DNA of 64,000 nt, taken from NCBI RefSeq assembly GCF_009914755.1, contig NC_060930.1. The stretch is one strand, 5' to 3'. A program made the position numbers and the translations under genes. Position 1 is the first letter of the stretch. Every line of letters begins with the position of its first letter. The notes beneath the pieces are model-generated. The model worked only from the letters and a program-made list of their open reading frames with translations, was not told the origin of the DNA and ran no database searches. Shown here in pieces: positions 15,501 through 30,913 of the stretch. The stretch is from the human T2T-CHM13v2.0 reference genome, Homo sapiens.

Positions 15501-16151
15501 ATTATTTTATTTATTTGTTTGTTTATTTCTATGGGTTTTCGGGGGAACAGGTGATGTTTGTTTACATGAGTAAGTTCTGTTTTTTTTTTTTTGTTTTTTT
15601 TTTTGATGGAGTCTCGCTCTGTCACCCAGGCTGCAGTGCAGTAGCATGATCTCTGCTCACTGCAACCTCCGCCTCCCATGTTCAAGTGATTCTCCTGCCT
15701 CAGCCTCCTGAGTAGCTGGGATTACAAGCACTGCCACCATGCCTGGCTAATTTTTTGTATTTTTGTGGAGATGGTGTTGTATTTTTGTAGAGACGGTGAC
15801 CATGTTGGTCAGGCTGGTCTTGAACTCCTGACTTGTGGTGATCTTCCAGCCTCGGCCTCCCGAAGTGCTGGGATTACAGGTGTGAGCCACCATGCCCGGC
15901 CATGAGTTAACTCTTTAGTGGTGATTTGTGAGATTTTGGTGCACTCATCACCCAAGCAGTATATACCGTACCCAATTTTGCAGTCTTTTATCCCTCACAC
16001 CCCTCTTGCCCTTTCCCCTAAGTTCCCAAATTCCATTGTATCATTCTTATGTCTTTGCATCTTCATAGCTTAGCTCCCATTTATGAGTGACAACATACAG
16101 TGTTTGGTTTTCTATTCCTGAGTTACTTCACTTAGAATAATGGTCTCCAAT
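15501..16151 (-). mobile_element. L1PB1/PB2-like 3' end fragment, interrupted by the Alu
   Basis: ggggaacaggtgatgtttgtttacatgagtaagttct ... ctttagtggtgatttgtgagattttggtgcac ... cttagaataatggtctcc resembles an L1PB 3'UTR. Confidence 0.75.
15581..15901 (-). mobile_element. AluS inserted into an L1PB 3' end; carries an internal 22-bp tandem duplication
   Basis: Poly-T 15581-15604 followed by Alu body; degenerate TSD catgagt..ct on both sides. Confidence 0.9.
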
Positions 16152-19100
16152 TATTCAAGTTAATATAGGAAATGCCTACTTTTTCCTCTAAATTCTTAGT
16201 TTTCGATAGACATTTTTCACTCCTGTCTGACTATGTTGAGTGTTTCTCATTGTGCTATGCCTGTATAATAATTAATTTTTGTCCATCAAAAGATTAGTAG
16301 CATTTAAATGCTACTGCACATGTTCCTTCTTTTGTTGACTAGTAACACTTTAGCATACAAATGACTATGCATTTGGTTACTTTTTCAGAAAAGCATTTAT
16401 TGTCAAGGAGATTCCTTCTCCCCAGTGGCTCAGTGAATTTAACAAATGTACTTGCTCCTGAAAACTTAGTCGTATTTTTTATTTTCCCAGTACTTTGTGG
16501 AAGGTATTACAGTATCCACTTTACTTGCTTAAGCTTGTAAAGCTTTTGTGTCACAGCCCACAGATACGGAAGGCTTACTGGGAAGCAAATTTCCAATGAC
16601 AATTGAAAAGTACACAGTACAAAAGAGAGAAGTGACCGAATTATCCCCTAAGTGGTTCTGTAGCTTCTTCTATAATATCAACAAAAGCAGTTTTTTTCTA
16701 AGGCTTCAAATCTGCCACTGCAATAAGTTTTCCCTCTGATTCTCGTCTTTCCATTGTGGTAGAAGGACTGTCAAGCATGAAGTTCTTAGAGAGTTGCATA
16801 GCATTTGGGCTTGGAAACCCAGACACTGCAACTTCACAAAGAAGAAAAATATTTTCCTTCTCAGCAATCTCAGTCACATATTAAAATGCGAGATAAGAGT
16901 GACTCATTCAAACTAAAGTCTTCTCCAACCCCATTCCTACAATCAGCTTGTTCAGACAACCACACTTTTTCTCACCATATTTTTTCTTCTATTTCAGAGA
17001 TTGTGCTGGTACTACATTTCTCTCTTTCATTCTTGCTCTGATAACTCAGTGTGTTTTATTTCAAATGTATTTTATTTCTCATATTTTCAGAGACTTCCAC
17101 AAAGCTAGTCAAATATAAAACTATTGATGGTGGTAGAGAAAGAAGAAATAAAGAAAGTCATGAGTTTTGATGTAAAATTAGGTATAATTTTGAAAATCCT
17201 AGGGTCTTAATTTCTAAAGCCTTCTAAGTGCCAGAACCTCATTTTTTACTTCATATACACATTCTTTTTCCTTTGTCCTTTATTAAATCTGACTTAAATT
17301 AACTACCATGATGAAGACTTATAAGCAGTTTTGCCTTTATGTTATTTTTTATTCCAAACATTATTGTCCATACTATAAAATTGACAATTTTATAATTGTC
17401 AATACTAAAATGGTTGAAGACTATTTTATTATGATCAGTATATTAAGTTTTGTATAAAAGAATGAATAGAAAAATCTGAATTTTGAATTCAGCTCAGCCA
17501 CTAGCAAAATATGTGAAAATGAAATATTTTTGCCTTAACATTCTCATTTTTTTAGGAAGATGTTATCACAATAGGACCATATACACTTGTACAATCTGAA
17601 TTTTAGCTACAACCTTGAACTGAGATTCAAATGTAAATTTGCAATTACTTACTGGACATATATCCACTTAGATATACAGTATCATGCTCCACATGCATCA
17701 AACCTCCTTCTTTGATTCAGGACTCACAATGCTGATTTTGCCTATATTTTCAATCTCTATTTATGATTCCAGTACCTTTCTATTCACCCCAGCCAGAGGT
17801 GTGTTTTCTTAGATTCCTCAGTCCCTTTAAAACCCATACTCACAATTCAAGTACCTAAAGGAGAAAGAGTAGATTATTCTAAGAAAGTTCAACAGAGAAG
17901 TAATCAAGAACATTTTGAACAAATGAGATATGATTTGTTCATGGGTACTACTGAATGGGTGATTATTTTTAGAGTCTGCTTTGAGAGGCACTGTACTTAT
18001 AGGAAAGAGGAAAGAGATGGCAACATTAAAAACTAAGTATAAGGTTTCTTGGGAATGCATTAGATAGGGCAAAAATCTATTGAGGAATGTGGATGAAGAC
18101 GTAAAGGTTAAAAGCCTAGAAGCAGGGATGATAGCACTGCCACAGCGTGTGATGGGGATGGTGGGAAAGGAGATGATGAATGATACTCAAGTATGTATGG
18201 AGATGTTGGCAATGACTTTTGAGCAGTCAAATCTTGATTATTTATGTAAGGGGATAATAAATTAGATTCAGAGATGAAATGCTGTTTGGAGATTAGCTAA
18301 TAGGTACAGTCTCCTTTCCCATCAAACCTTTTACTGGAACCACAATGAAATAGTACATTTGATTGATTCAAACTTCAGCTTTTTCTTTCTTACTATCTTT
18401 CCCTTGTAAATTAAACTACCCAAAATTTTAATGACCAAAATAGAAATTATCAGCAGAAAGATAGTAACAACCAACTGAAGGAATTTAATAGCATACCATT
18501 TAAAAAAAATGACGTTTTTTCTTAATACAAGCATGAATGATAGTCACTATGCCGAATCCTCCCTTAAGATATATTACTCTGACATCAGTAAATTCCTTTC
18601 TTGAAACATTGGTGAACAGCACAACTAGCAAAACTCACCTTTTTTTTCTTGAAAGTCGAGTTCAACTATTACACAATCATTATTTCCATAAGACTCACTA
18701 CAATTTCCAGTAAGTAAATATTACTTTTCAGGGAGAAAGAAGTTATTCTCATCTTCCCAAATCCCAGTAGATTTTCTATAGTTACAGGATAAAACAGAAA
18801 CTTTTCTTAGAATTATAATTATGGCCAACAAGACTTAGATTTTTGTACATTTTGAAATTCTCTAAAGTTATGTTTCTGAAATAAGGTAAATACAGTTTGC
18901 AGAAACTACGTATATGATTATGCTTGCATAGTTTATGAAAGATTTATGTGTGTGTAAGTATGAAAATCACTCCTGGCAAAGATTGCCTTTGCTTAATAGA
19001 CTTGAGGAAGAAAGTAGAAAAGAAGAAAATAAAAGAATTTTTCTAGATTGCCTCAGAATGTACTTGAATTTTGTTTAAAAAAGTAAATAATAAGCATGGT

Positions 19101-19182
19101 TTATTAAAAAACTTATTAGGGTTATTGCTCTATAAGCCTGGCATACTATTTGTTTTTGCTTTAAAACATAGCCCCACATTGG

Positions 19183-19185
<3 letters not shown>

Positions 19186-19214
<29 letters not shown>

Positions 19215-22200
19215 AATATCAGTCTTTCTGCTATCTTCAGAAGAACCATTTCACATGTAATGACACCCATAGACTCAAAATAAAAGGATGGAGAAAGATC
19301 TGTCACACAGGTGGAAAACAAAAAAAGGACAGGGATTGCTATTTTTGTATTAGATAAAAAGATAAAATAGACTTCAAAGCAACAATAGTACAAAAGTACA
19401 AAGAATGACATTACATAATGATAAAGAGTTAAATTCAACAAGAAGATTTACTACTCTAAATGCATATGTATTCAATATTGGAGCTCCCACGTTCATAAAA
19501 CCTTACTTCTAGACCCAAGAAAAGACTTTAACAGCTACACGATAGTAGTGAAGGACTTCAACACACCACTGACAGAATTAGAGAGACGATTGAGGCAGAA
19601 AACAAAGAAATTCTGCACTTAAATTTGGCACTTGACCAATTGGACCTAATAGGCAGCTACAGAATCTTCCATCCAAAACCCACAGAATATACATTCTTCT
19701 CATCTGCACACATAACATACTCTAAGATTGACCACAAACTTCATCATAAAGCAAGTCTCAATAAGTTTTAAAAAACTGAAATCACACCAAGCATCTTCTC
19801 AGAGCACAGTAGAATAAAAATAGAAAGCAACACCAAGAGGAACTCTCAAAACCACACAAATACATAGAAACTAAACAACCTGCTCTTGAATGATTTTTGT
19901 GCAAACAATGAAATTAAGGGAGAAATTTAAAGAAATCTTTGAAATCGGAAAATAGACACACAGTATACCAAAACCTCTGGAATGTGTGAAAAGCAGTGAT
20001 AAGAAGAAAGTTTATGGTGCTAAATGCCTACATCAAGAAGATAGAAAGATCTCAAATTAACAACCTAATCTCAACCTAAAGGAACTAGAAAAACAAGAAC
20101 AAACTAAATCCAGAGCTAGCGTAAAAAAGAAATAACTATAATCAGAGCAAAACTAAATGGAGACCCAGAAAACATATAAAGGATCGATGAAATGAAAAGA
20201 TGGGTCTTCGAAAGGATAACAACATTGATATACTGCTAGCTAGATTAACAAAGAATGAAAAGAGAGAAGATCCAACTAAGCACAACTGAACACAACATAT
20301 GTGATATTACAACTGATTCCACAGAAATACAAAAGATCCTGAGACTACTATGAACATCACTATGGACACAAACTAGAAAATCCAGAGAAACTGAATAAAT
20401 ATCTAGAAACACACAACCTTCCAAGATTGAACCAGGACAAAACAGAAATCCTGAACAGACTAATAATGAGCAAAGGAATTGAATCATTATTGCTGATCAA
20501 CCCAAAAAGCTGTGGACCAGATGGACTCACAACTGAATTCTATTATATGCACAAAGAAGAGCTGGTGCAGATCCTACTGAGATTATTCCAAAAATTTGAG
20601 GTGGAAGGACTCTTCCCTAACTCATTCTATAAAGCAGCATAATCCTGATACCAAAATCTGGCAAAGATACAACAAAGAAGAAAACTATAGGCCAATATTC
20701 TTGATGAACATAGACACAAAAATTCTCAACAAAATGTAACCAAACAAAATCCAGCAGCACATGAAAACATTAGTTCAACATGATCAAGTAGGCTTTATTC
20801 CTGGAATGCAAGGATGGTTCAACATATGCAAATAAATAAATGTGATTCACCACATAAACAGAATTAAGAAAAAAACATATGGTCATCTGAATAGATGCAG
20901 AAATGCATTCAATAAAATACAACATCATTTCATAATAAAAATCCTCAACAAACCAGGCATTGAAGAAATAAGAACTGTCAATGCTAAACCCACAGCCAAC
21001 ATCATACTGACTGGGGAAAGGTTGGAAGCATGGCCCTTAAGAACTGGAACAAGACAAGGATATCCACTCTCACCAGTTCTATTCAACATTTTACTTGAAG
21101 TTCTAGTCAGAGCATTCAGGCAACAGAAAGAAATAAAAGGCATCCAAATAGGAAAAGAGGAAGTAACATTATTTCTCTTCACTGAATTTATGATTTTATA
21201 CCTAAAAAACCCTGAAGATTCCTCCAAGGACTCATAGACCTGATAAATGACTTCAGCAAAGTCTCAGAATACAAAATTAACATACACAAATCAGTTGCAT
21301 TTTTATACACCAATAGCATTCAGACTGAGACCCAAATCAAGAATGCAATCCCATTTACAATAGCCATAAAAATATAAAGAACCTAGGAATACACCTAATT
21401 AAAAAATGCGAAATGTCTTTATGAGGAGCACTAAAGACAAAACAACAACAACAGCAACAACAAAATCACGCTGAAAGATGACACAAATAAATGGAAAAGC
21501 ATTCCATGCTCATTTCATGCTCATGAGTTGGATGAATCAATATCATTATATTGTCCATACTGCCCAAAGCAATCTATAGATTCCACACTAATCCTGTCAA
21601 ATTACCAATGTCATTTTTCATAGAATTTGAAAAAGAAACTATTCTAAAATTCATATTGAAACAAAAAAGAGGCTGAATATCTACGGCAACTCTATACAAA
21701 AAGAGAAAAGCCAGAGGCATCACACTACCTGACTTCAAATAATACTACAAGGCTACAGTAACCAAAACAGCATGGGATTGGTATAAATATAGACACATAA
21801 ACCAATGTAACAGAATAGAAAACTCAGAAATAAGGCTACACTCCTACAACCAACTGATCTTTGACAAAATCGACAAAAACAAATAATGGAAAAGGATATC
21901 TTATTCAATGAATGGTTCTGGGAAACTGGCTAACCATATGCACAAGAATGAAACTGGACCACTACTTTTCACTCTATACAAAAAGTAACTGAAGATATAT
22001 CAAGGAAATTAAATCTAAGGCCTCAAACTGTAAAAATCCTGGAAGAAAACCAAGGAAATATTTTTCTAGACATTGGCCAAAAATTTATGACTAAGTCCTC
22101 AAAAGCAACTGCAGCAAAACCAAAAATTGACAAGTGTGACCTACTTAAAGAAGTTCTACATGCAAAAAAATATTTGCAAACTATGCATCCAACAAAAGAT

Positions 22201-22855
22201 TAATATCCAGAATCTAAAAGGAACTTAAAAAGAAAAGGAAATATCCCCATTAAAAAGTGGGCAAAGAATATGAACTGGCACTTCTCAAAAGAAGACATAC
22301 AAGAAGCCAACAAGCATATGAACAAATGCTCAGCATTACTAATCATCAGAGAAATGCAAATCAAAACCACAGTGAGATGCCATCTCACACCAGTCAGAAT
22401 GGCTATTATTAAAAAAGTAAAAAAAAAAACCCACAGATGCTGGTGAGGTGGGGGAAAAAAGGTAATGCTTACATTGTTGGTGGGAATGCTAATTAGTTCA
22501 GCCCCTGTAGAAAGCAATTTGGAGATTTCTCAAAGAATTAAAAATAGAATTGCCATGTGACTCAGCAATCTAACACAGAAACAGAAAACCAAATACTGTA
22601 TGTTCTCACTTATAAGTGGGAGCTAAACATTGGTACACATGGAAACAAGATGGGAACAATAGATACTGGAAATTCCAAAGAGGGAGGGAGAAAAAGAGAA
22701 AGAAAGAAAGGCTTGAAAACATCCTATTGGATACCACATTCTTGGTTGACAGGGTCATGAGAAGCCCAAACTTCAGCATCACTTAGCATATCCATGTAAC
22801 AAACCTGCACATGTAACCCCTGAATCTAAAATAAAAAATAATTTAAAAATAAAAC
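19186..22855 (+). mobile_element. Old primate L1 (L1PB3/PB4-like), ~3.65 kb: decayed ORF2 from the EN domain to the 3'UTR, with internal deletions
   Basis: EN-like THRLKIKGWRKI region near 19260, RT remnants (ORF 20842-21237), and 3' end atgtaacaaacctgcacatgtaacccctgaatctaaaataaaa. Many stops and frameshifts; deletions near 20965, 22165 and 22570. Confidence 0.9.
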
Positions 22856-24931
22856 ACAAACTCTAGATTATGATAGTTATTCCTTTTATATGTAGAAAGT
22901 TCATTTGAAAGTGATTTTTTAATAGTATCGAGATATCAAAATAGGATTTTTTTTCCAGACAATAAAACATATATGAGCCCATGTGGAGATAATTATCATC
23001 AGTAGTTTTTGATTTTCACAAACCAGTCATCTCCAGTGTTGCCTTTTCTTGAAAACATTGAGTTGTACTGATGGTAGCTTCGAGGCTTCTTTTCTTGTTC
23101 TTCCTGGTATTCTCACTTCTAATTTTGATAACCTGTGGTGCACCATGGCTTCTGACATGAACACTAATTAGGGATGGCAGAATTCAGGCTTGAAGAGCCA
23201 CAGTGAATAGGAGGAAATTGAAAGATGGACTCAGACAATGACAAGAAGGTTCTTAGCTCTACAGAAGTAAGAGTACATTTGTTGGAATGACAGATACTGA
23301 AAAAGAAATAAAATAATACTGTCCTGTCAGTGGAATAATATCAATCAACTGTTATTATTATTTATAGTTACCTATTATTGTTCTTGTTGGTCATTTCTTG
23401 TGACTGTGAATTAGAACTTAGTTTTTGGCATGTCCAATTCAATTTCTGTGTATTTTTTCCTGTAGCATTTACGGGAGTATGAGTTATTGATATGCAATGA
23501 AAATACTAGTAGTTAAGGTTATTGTCAACTAATATTCTTAAATATATGACCCCTTTCCAATTTTGAGATCACAGTTTTGCTATGTACATTTATAAAACTT
23601 AAAAAATTTAACTGAGAACAAAATAACTGAAGACTATTTTAGAATGCCTAAAATATAGTTTAGATTAGTGGTGGTATTTATTAAAATAATTTAAATCACA
23701 AGCTTGGTATCATCTGTAGGCTCTGGAAATAAAAGAAGTTATCAGTCTTTATAAATGTTAATGATACTAGATTCCCATTAAATCTCATCAGGTTAAAAAT
23801 ACAGTTTTAATGAATGAAAATAAATGCAGTATAAAGGAATCATTTACAAATAATGTAATAATCTTTACTTCTGCATTTCTTTTTATATAATTTCTGAAAC
23901 TTTTCTAAATGATCAGCTAAATTAGCACTTAAATATATTTTGTTTTCTAATCTTGATAAATTTGAAACTCTTTTAAAAATTGTTTTACAGTTATAAGACT
24001 CACAATTTTAGTCACGCTCATTAACAAATAATTGGCTATCTAAGAAAAAAACCCCAAAACTCTTTTATTTCTCACCATAATAATAAATAATTTTATGAAA
24101 TGTTCTTAAATAGTAAAAAAGAAACATTTTCTGAAGCAATTTAGGATAAATGTAAGAACAATCATTTCCAACCAATAATCACAAATTATTAAAAGTTAGG
24201 CCATAAGAATATTAGCTCTTCATTCTGCTTGACAGTATTTGAGCATGGCTTGGCTTCTTACTTGGCAGGTGGCCTGGCACTCCTATGCCAGCTGTCAAGC
24301 TGAAGACGTGGCTGGACAGATACTTTAGAAGAGCTACGTATGATGTTCTGAGTGAGATCTAAAGAAAAACAGAAACTGAAGAAACAAAACATAAAGTTTG
24401 CCTGCATTAAGAGCCTGTTTTTCTGTAATATACATTTCATTTTTTTAAAATCTTGAACCCACTCTTTCAATACAGGTGCCCATTATTATAAATTCTGGTT
24501 TTGGCTTTAGAGTTCAAATAATTCAAATTATCTGCAAATCTGTAATCAAAGAACTGTCTAGATGTCCATAATGAAAGCTATCCTCATTACTACTGTGAAA
24601 TATTTGCTTCATCTCAACTTTCCGATGAAATTCTCATGAAAATTCAGAAGAAACAACACAAATACAATTTTAAAAGTGATATTTTAAAATAACGTTAAAG
24701 GAGAACTATCACAATTTCAATAGAATACACAAATAGACTTTATTGGGATAGATTTCTGTGGTTGAATGTTTTTAATGCTATAAATATAGAAAAATATCTT
24801 ATTTTTGAATTTTTTTCTTATCTTGAGTCAATTTATGGAAATGCTCCTGTATTTAAGAGATTTACAATTAATTGTTCATTAATTATATGCCCTTTGGTGA
24901 GAACTTTACTCTTCATGCCTGATCTTGTTTT

Positions 24932-25214
24932 TCGTTGTTGTTGTTTGTTTGTTTTGTTTTGTTTTGAGACGGAGTCTTGCTCTGTCGCCCAGGCTGGAGT
25001 GCAGTGGCATGATCTCAGCTCACTGCAACCTTCGCCTCCCAGGTTCAAGCAATTCCCTGCCTCATCTTCCTAAGGAGCTGGAATTACAGGTGCCTACCAC
25101 CATGCCCGGCTAATTTTTTTTTGTATTTGTAGTAGAAACTGGGTTTCACCATCTTGGCCAGGCTGGTCTTGAATTCCTGACCTCGTGATCCACCCACCTC
25201 GGCCTCCCAAAGTG
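24932..25214 (-). mobile_element. AluSg-like, 5'-truncated by ~35 nt, (TTG/TTTTG)n tail
   Basis: Alu stops at ...cccaaagtg; TSD gcctg[a/t]tcttgtttt at 24917-24931 and 25215-25229. Confidence 0.88.
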
Positions 25215-26471
25215 GCCTGTTCTTGTTTTAACAGCATTTTCTTTTATTATTCTTAACAATGATAATAGATTTATGCTCAAGAAAACCTTTTATTTATACT
25301 TTTTCAATAAATTATTTTTCAAGAATGGGCACTAAATACAAATGAATAACTTGATAATCTACAGAGATTGTCATTAACTTTCAAATTGTACTTATTATGA
25401 TTAATATATTAATTAATTTTTGAATGGCAAAAATACTTATATTCCAGCAATAAGCTATTATTGGTAATGGTTAAAAAATATTCTCATGAACTGCTATATT
25501 TTGTTTGCTCTATTATATTTAGGTATATTCACTAGTGACTGCTCAATAATTACAATATTTAACTACTTTGCTAGTTTCTTATATCAGGGTTATGCTAACT
25601 TCATTTAAATGAAGATGAACTGGTTTCAGAGCATTTACTATGGTCTAAAGCAGTTTTTGGATTATGAGGTTGTTTTATTGTTTTATATTAGGTGAAAAAT
25701 AAAAATTCCAAAGTATTTTTTTCTTCTGGAAGAAATGCTTCAGTAGCTTTCATAATTTATTTTATGCTTATTGGCCTTTTCATTTTATTGTTTCTTTTTG
25801 AATCAATTTTATATTGTGCACTGATATATAACCAGGTATTCAAATTTATTAACATAGATTTTCACATAATGTCACCATATAAATTTTATAATCTCAATTT
25901 ACTGAATCTCTTTCTCACATAAAATTCTTTGAGGCTTAAAATTTCTTTCCCTTTTTTCTTAATTTGGTTGATGAAGAAATTTATTTTATTACTGTTGCTT
26001 TTACTAAAAGACATGTTTACTGTTTAGCCATTTTCTTCCTTCCTACTTTGTACTTCACTATTTTTTCAGCATTTTCTTATTATTTTTCTTTCTGCTATTT
26101 GGGTTTTTTTGGAGCGTCTATTTCCCAGCCTCTTATGATTTAAGTACTCCATTTATTTATGTTGATTTTAATCACTTAGTGGTAAGTTCATATGAGGCTG
26201 AACTTTTCTTTCACAAGTCTTTTGAAGATATTTATAAATTAAAAGTTGTATAGCTAGTGATTACCAGAGTGCTTTGAAATCAAGCAGAACACTCATCGCT
26301 TAAATCAAACCAGACTTTGGATTTCAGATAACAGTTATTTAATAAGTCATTTAAATAATACACTTTAAAAAACTACTTTTAACATCTACACATTTCTTTT
26401 TATTTAGGGAAATTTAGACAATTTTGTTTATTAAAGCTAGTGTTCATGGTTTTTTTAAATATCACCTTCCA

Positions 26472-26750
26472 GGGCAGACATGGTGGTTGGGATGACTTGA
26501 CACCTGAAGTTCAAGAGCAGCCAGGGCAACATAGGAAGACCCTATTACTACAAATAATAAAATAAAAAAAAATAGCCAGGAATTTTGACATGCACCTGTG
26601 GTCCCAGCTACTGGAGAGGCTGAAGTGGGAGTACTACCTGAGCTTGGGAGATCAAGGCTAGTGAGCCATGATCTTATCACTGCACTCCAGCCTGGGTGAC
26701 ATAGTGAGACCCTGTCTCTAAATAAATAAAAACTTACATACATACATAAA
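26472..26750 (+). mobile_element. AluJ-like with a left-arm deletion
   Basis: Diverged Alu with J-type gagatcaaggct..gtgagccatgatc and gtgagaccctgtctc. Confidence 0.8.
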
Positions 26751-27180
26751 GTCAACTTCCACATTTTTTGTCCCTTAACTTGACTAGTGCCAATAAGTAT
26801 CTTTAAATGAAGTGTGTATGTTTACTAATTTTCATTCCATTCATTTATTGCCTGGTGAAGTGACTGAAACATTAAATTTTTTCAATTTTCACATTTCCTC
26901 TTGAAAGCAATTTTGATATTTTTTTCATTGGTTTAACTTTGGTTTTATTCTGGCTAGCCAGTTTTATTTTAACTTGTTTAAAGCTTACAAGACTATTCTC
27001 CACTTTATGTTTGTAATTTGTTTTTATACGTTGATTTTTGTCAGGCTGGGTTTAAGTAAGGGTGATTTAAATTTATTTGACAGTTTTCTATGAAAATGTC
27101 ATTCCTTCATCCTCCAAAATTCTTACCAATCTGAAAAAACTACCCATTATAAAAAGAGGTACAGATTACCTATGAGTTCC

Positions 27181-27480
27181 TTTTTTTTTTTTTTTTTTTT
27201 TTTTGAGACAAAATCTCACTCTGTCGCCCAGGCAGGATTGTAGTGGCATGACCTCGGCTCACTGCAACTTCCATCCCCCGGGTTCAAGTGATTCTCATGC
27301 CTCAGCCCCCCGAGCAGCTAGGATTGCAGGCACCCGCCACCACGCCTGGCTAATTTTTGTATTTTAGTAGAGATGGGGTTTCACCATGTTTGCCAGGCTC
27401 AAACTCCTGATCTCAGGTGATCCACCCGCCTCGGCCTCCCAAAGTGCTGGGATTACAGCCGTGAACCATGGCGCCCAGCC
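27181..27480 (-). mobile_element. AluSx-like
   Basis: T24 tail; TSD tatgagtt[c/t]ctttt at 27171-27184 and 27481-27494. Confidence 0.9.
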
Positions 27481-27607
27481 TATGAGTTTCTTTTATGTCT
27501 TTGGAAGCATACCCTGAAGTTATATGTTTTCCTGCTGCAACATGGCTTTGTTTTCCTCTAGCCTCTGAAGTAGCTAGGACTTTTTTTCACCATACTCCTG
27601 GGAATTT

Positions 27608-27640
<33 letters not shown>

Positions 27641-27643
<3 letters not shown>

Positions 27644-27724
27644 GTTGTGTTGGAACAATTTGTAAAGTTTGGAACAAGAAAATAGTCTCAATTAGCTCCA
27701 AAGTATCTCCTATTATTTAATTAA
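27641..27724 (-). other. Non-L1 3'-transduced tag lying between two A-tails
   Basis: Unique ~70-84 nt sequence between the L1 patterned tail (27725-27773) and the terminal T31 run (27610-27640), all inside the TSDs. Confidence 0.85.
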
Positions 27725-27978
27725 TTTTTTTTTTTATAAATTAATTTTTTTATTATTATTATTATTTTTTTTTATTATACTCTAAGTTTTAGGGTACATG
27801 TGCACATTGTGCAGGTTAGTTACATATGTATACATGTGCCATGCTGGTGCGCTGCACCCACTAATGTGTCATCTAGCATTAGGTATATCTCCCAATGCTA
27901 TCCCTCCCCCCTCCCCCGACCCCACCACAGTCCCCAGAGTGTGATATTCCCCTTCCTGTGTCCATGTGATCTCATTGT

Positions 27979-28926
<948 letters not shown>

Positions 28927-29488
28927 TTATTCTTGCATTTTTCTTGAATTATTTTCTCATTTTGTTAAAGGCTGTAATAGCATCCTGAGAAAGGTTGCTG
29001 AGTACAAATTTAAGACCTTATATGCCCAAAAACATTGAGTCTTCCATGAAGAATTATAGGTTGAATTTTTGGGGAGGCATTACTCCATTGCCTTTTTCTG
29101 CTGTTGCAGTTGTTCACAGGTCATTCTGATTCTTAACCTTTTGTATGTGGCCTGTATTTTTCCTTCCTATGAACAATTTCAAGATTGTCTCTATTTCTGA
29201 AGCTTGGAAACTTCACTAATGATATACTCTTGTGTATAGAATTAAAAATGAATTTTAAAAATTTAAAAACTTCATTATGTTGAACATTCTCTAGAGTCTT
29301 GATTTGTGCCGTCCAATACGGTAGCTTCGTCACATATGACTATTAAACACTTGACACCTGGCTAGATTGAATGGAGATGACTGTTAGTGTGAAATAAATA
29401 CTGGCTTTCAAAGACATGATATTTAAAAACGTAAAATATCTTAAATTTATATTGATTACATGTTGAAATGATAGTGATAATATTTTGA

Positions 29489-29962
<474 letters not shown>

Positions 29963-30292
29963 TGTTGCATTATATTTCTATTCAGCAGCACTGGTCCAGA
30001 ATCTTGTTGGGCATATTCAATCCAGAAACTCAGTTCCTTCAGTCTTGAGATATTTTCTTAACATTAGTTAACATGGTAATTTCCTTTCCATCATTTCTCA
30101 TTGTCTGTATCACTGAGTATTGGTCATCTGACGGTTAGACTTCCAAGTACCATGTAAACAATAGATAGATTCTGTTTGTTTTAAACATTGATGTCCAGGT
30201 CTCACATCCAGACATTCAGGTTGATGAAACCCAGACAGTATTGTCTGAAATCTCCCTACATGATTCTACTGATTGTCTAACTTGCAGTCGTG

Positions 30293-30560
30293 TGATGAGT
30301 AAGTTCTGGAGATCTAAGCTACAACATGATGAGTATTGCTAATGATAGTATATTGCAAATTTGAAACCTGTTGAGAGATTAGATCTTAACTATTCTTACC
30401 ACACACACTAAGAGGTTAACTGTGAGGTGATGGATATGTTAGTCAACTTTGATTGTGTTAATCATTTCATAATGTATATATATACCAAACATTGTTTCAT
30501 AAGCCCTAAATATATGCAGTTTTTATCTCTGAATTATACCTCAATAAAGCTGGAAAAAAA
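30293..30560 (+). mobile_element. L1MA9/MA10-like 3' end fragment
   Basis: aagttctggagatcta ... gtgaggtgatggatatgtta ... aattatacctcaataaagctggaaaaa. Confidence 0.7.
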
Positions 30561-30913
30561 GAAAAAGGGAAAATAGTCTGGGGAATTAATTTTAGGCTGA
30601 TGCACATTTTTATTTAGTCTTCTAGATTTCAACATAGTGCTTAATCTCTGCGAATCTAGAGCCACTTCAATTCAATTACTTCTTCAGTTTTCTGCCAGGG
30701 TCAGGACAAAAAGAATGGGTAGTTCTCCAGAAATGGGTTGAAATTTCTACCTAATTTACTACTTGGTACAGATTATGGACCTCTGAACACGGACTTTTGT
30801 TGGGGAGAAGAATGAAATATTTCTTGTACTGTCTCTGGTTAATCAAGGATTATTGGTTTCCTGGGGCCTTATATTTAGTGTCAATTCTTCAAAAATGATA
30901 GGTAAAGTTCTTT

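Noticed and set aside
20245-22760. Several 60-130 aa ORFs
   Set aside because: Sense and antisense fragments of a decayed L1PB ORF2.
27641-27724. Naming a specific known source L1 for the transduction
   Set aside because: I cannot map the tag without a search, so any assignment would be a guess.
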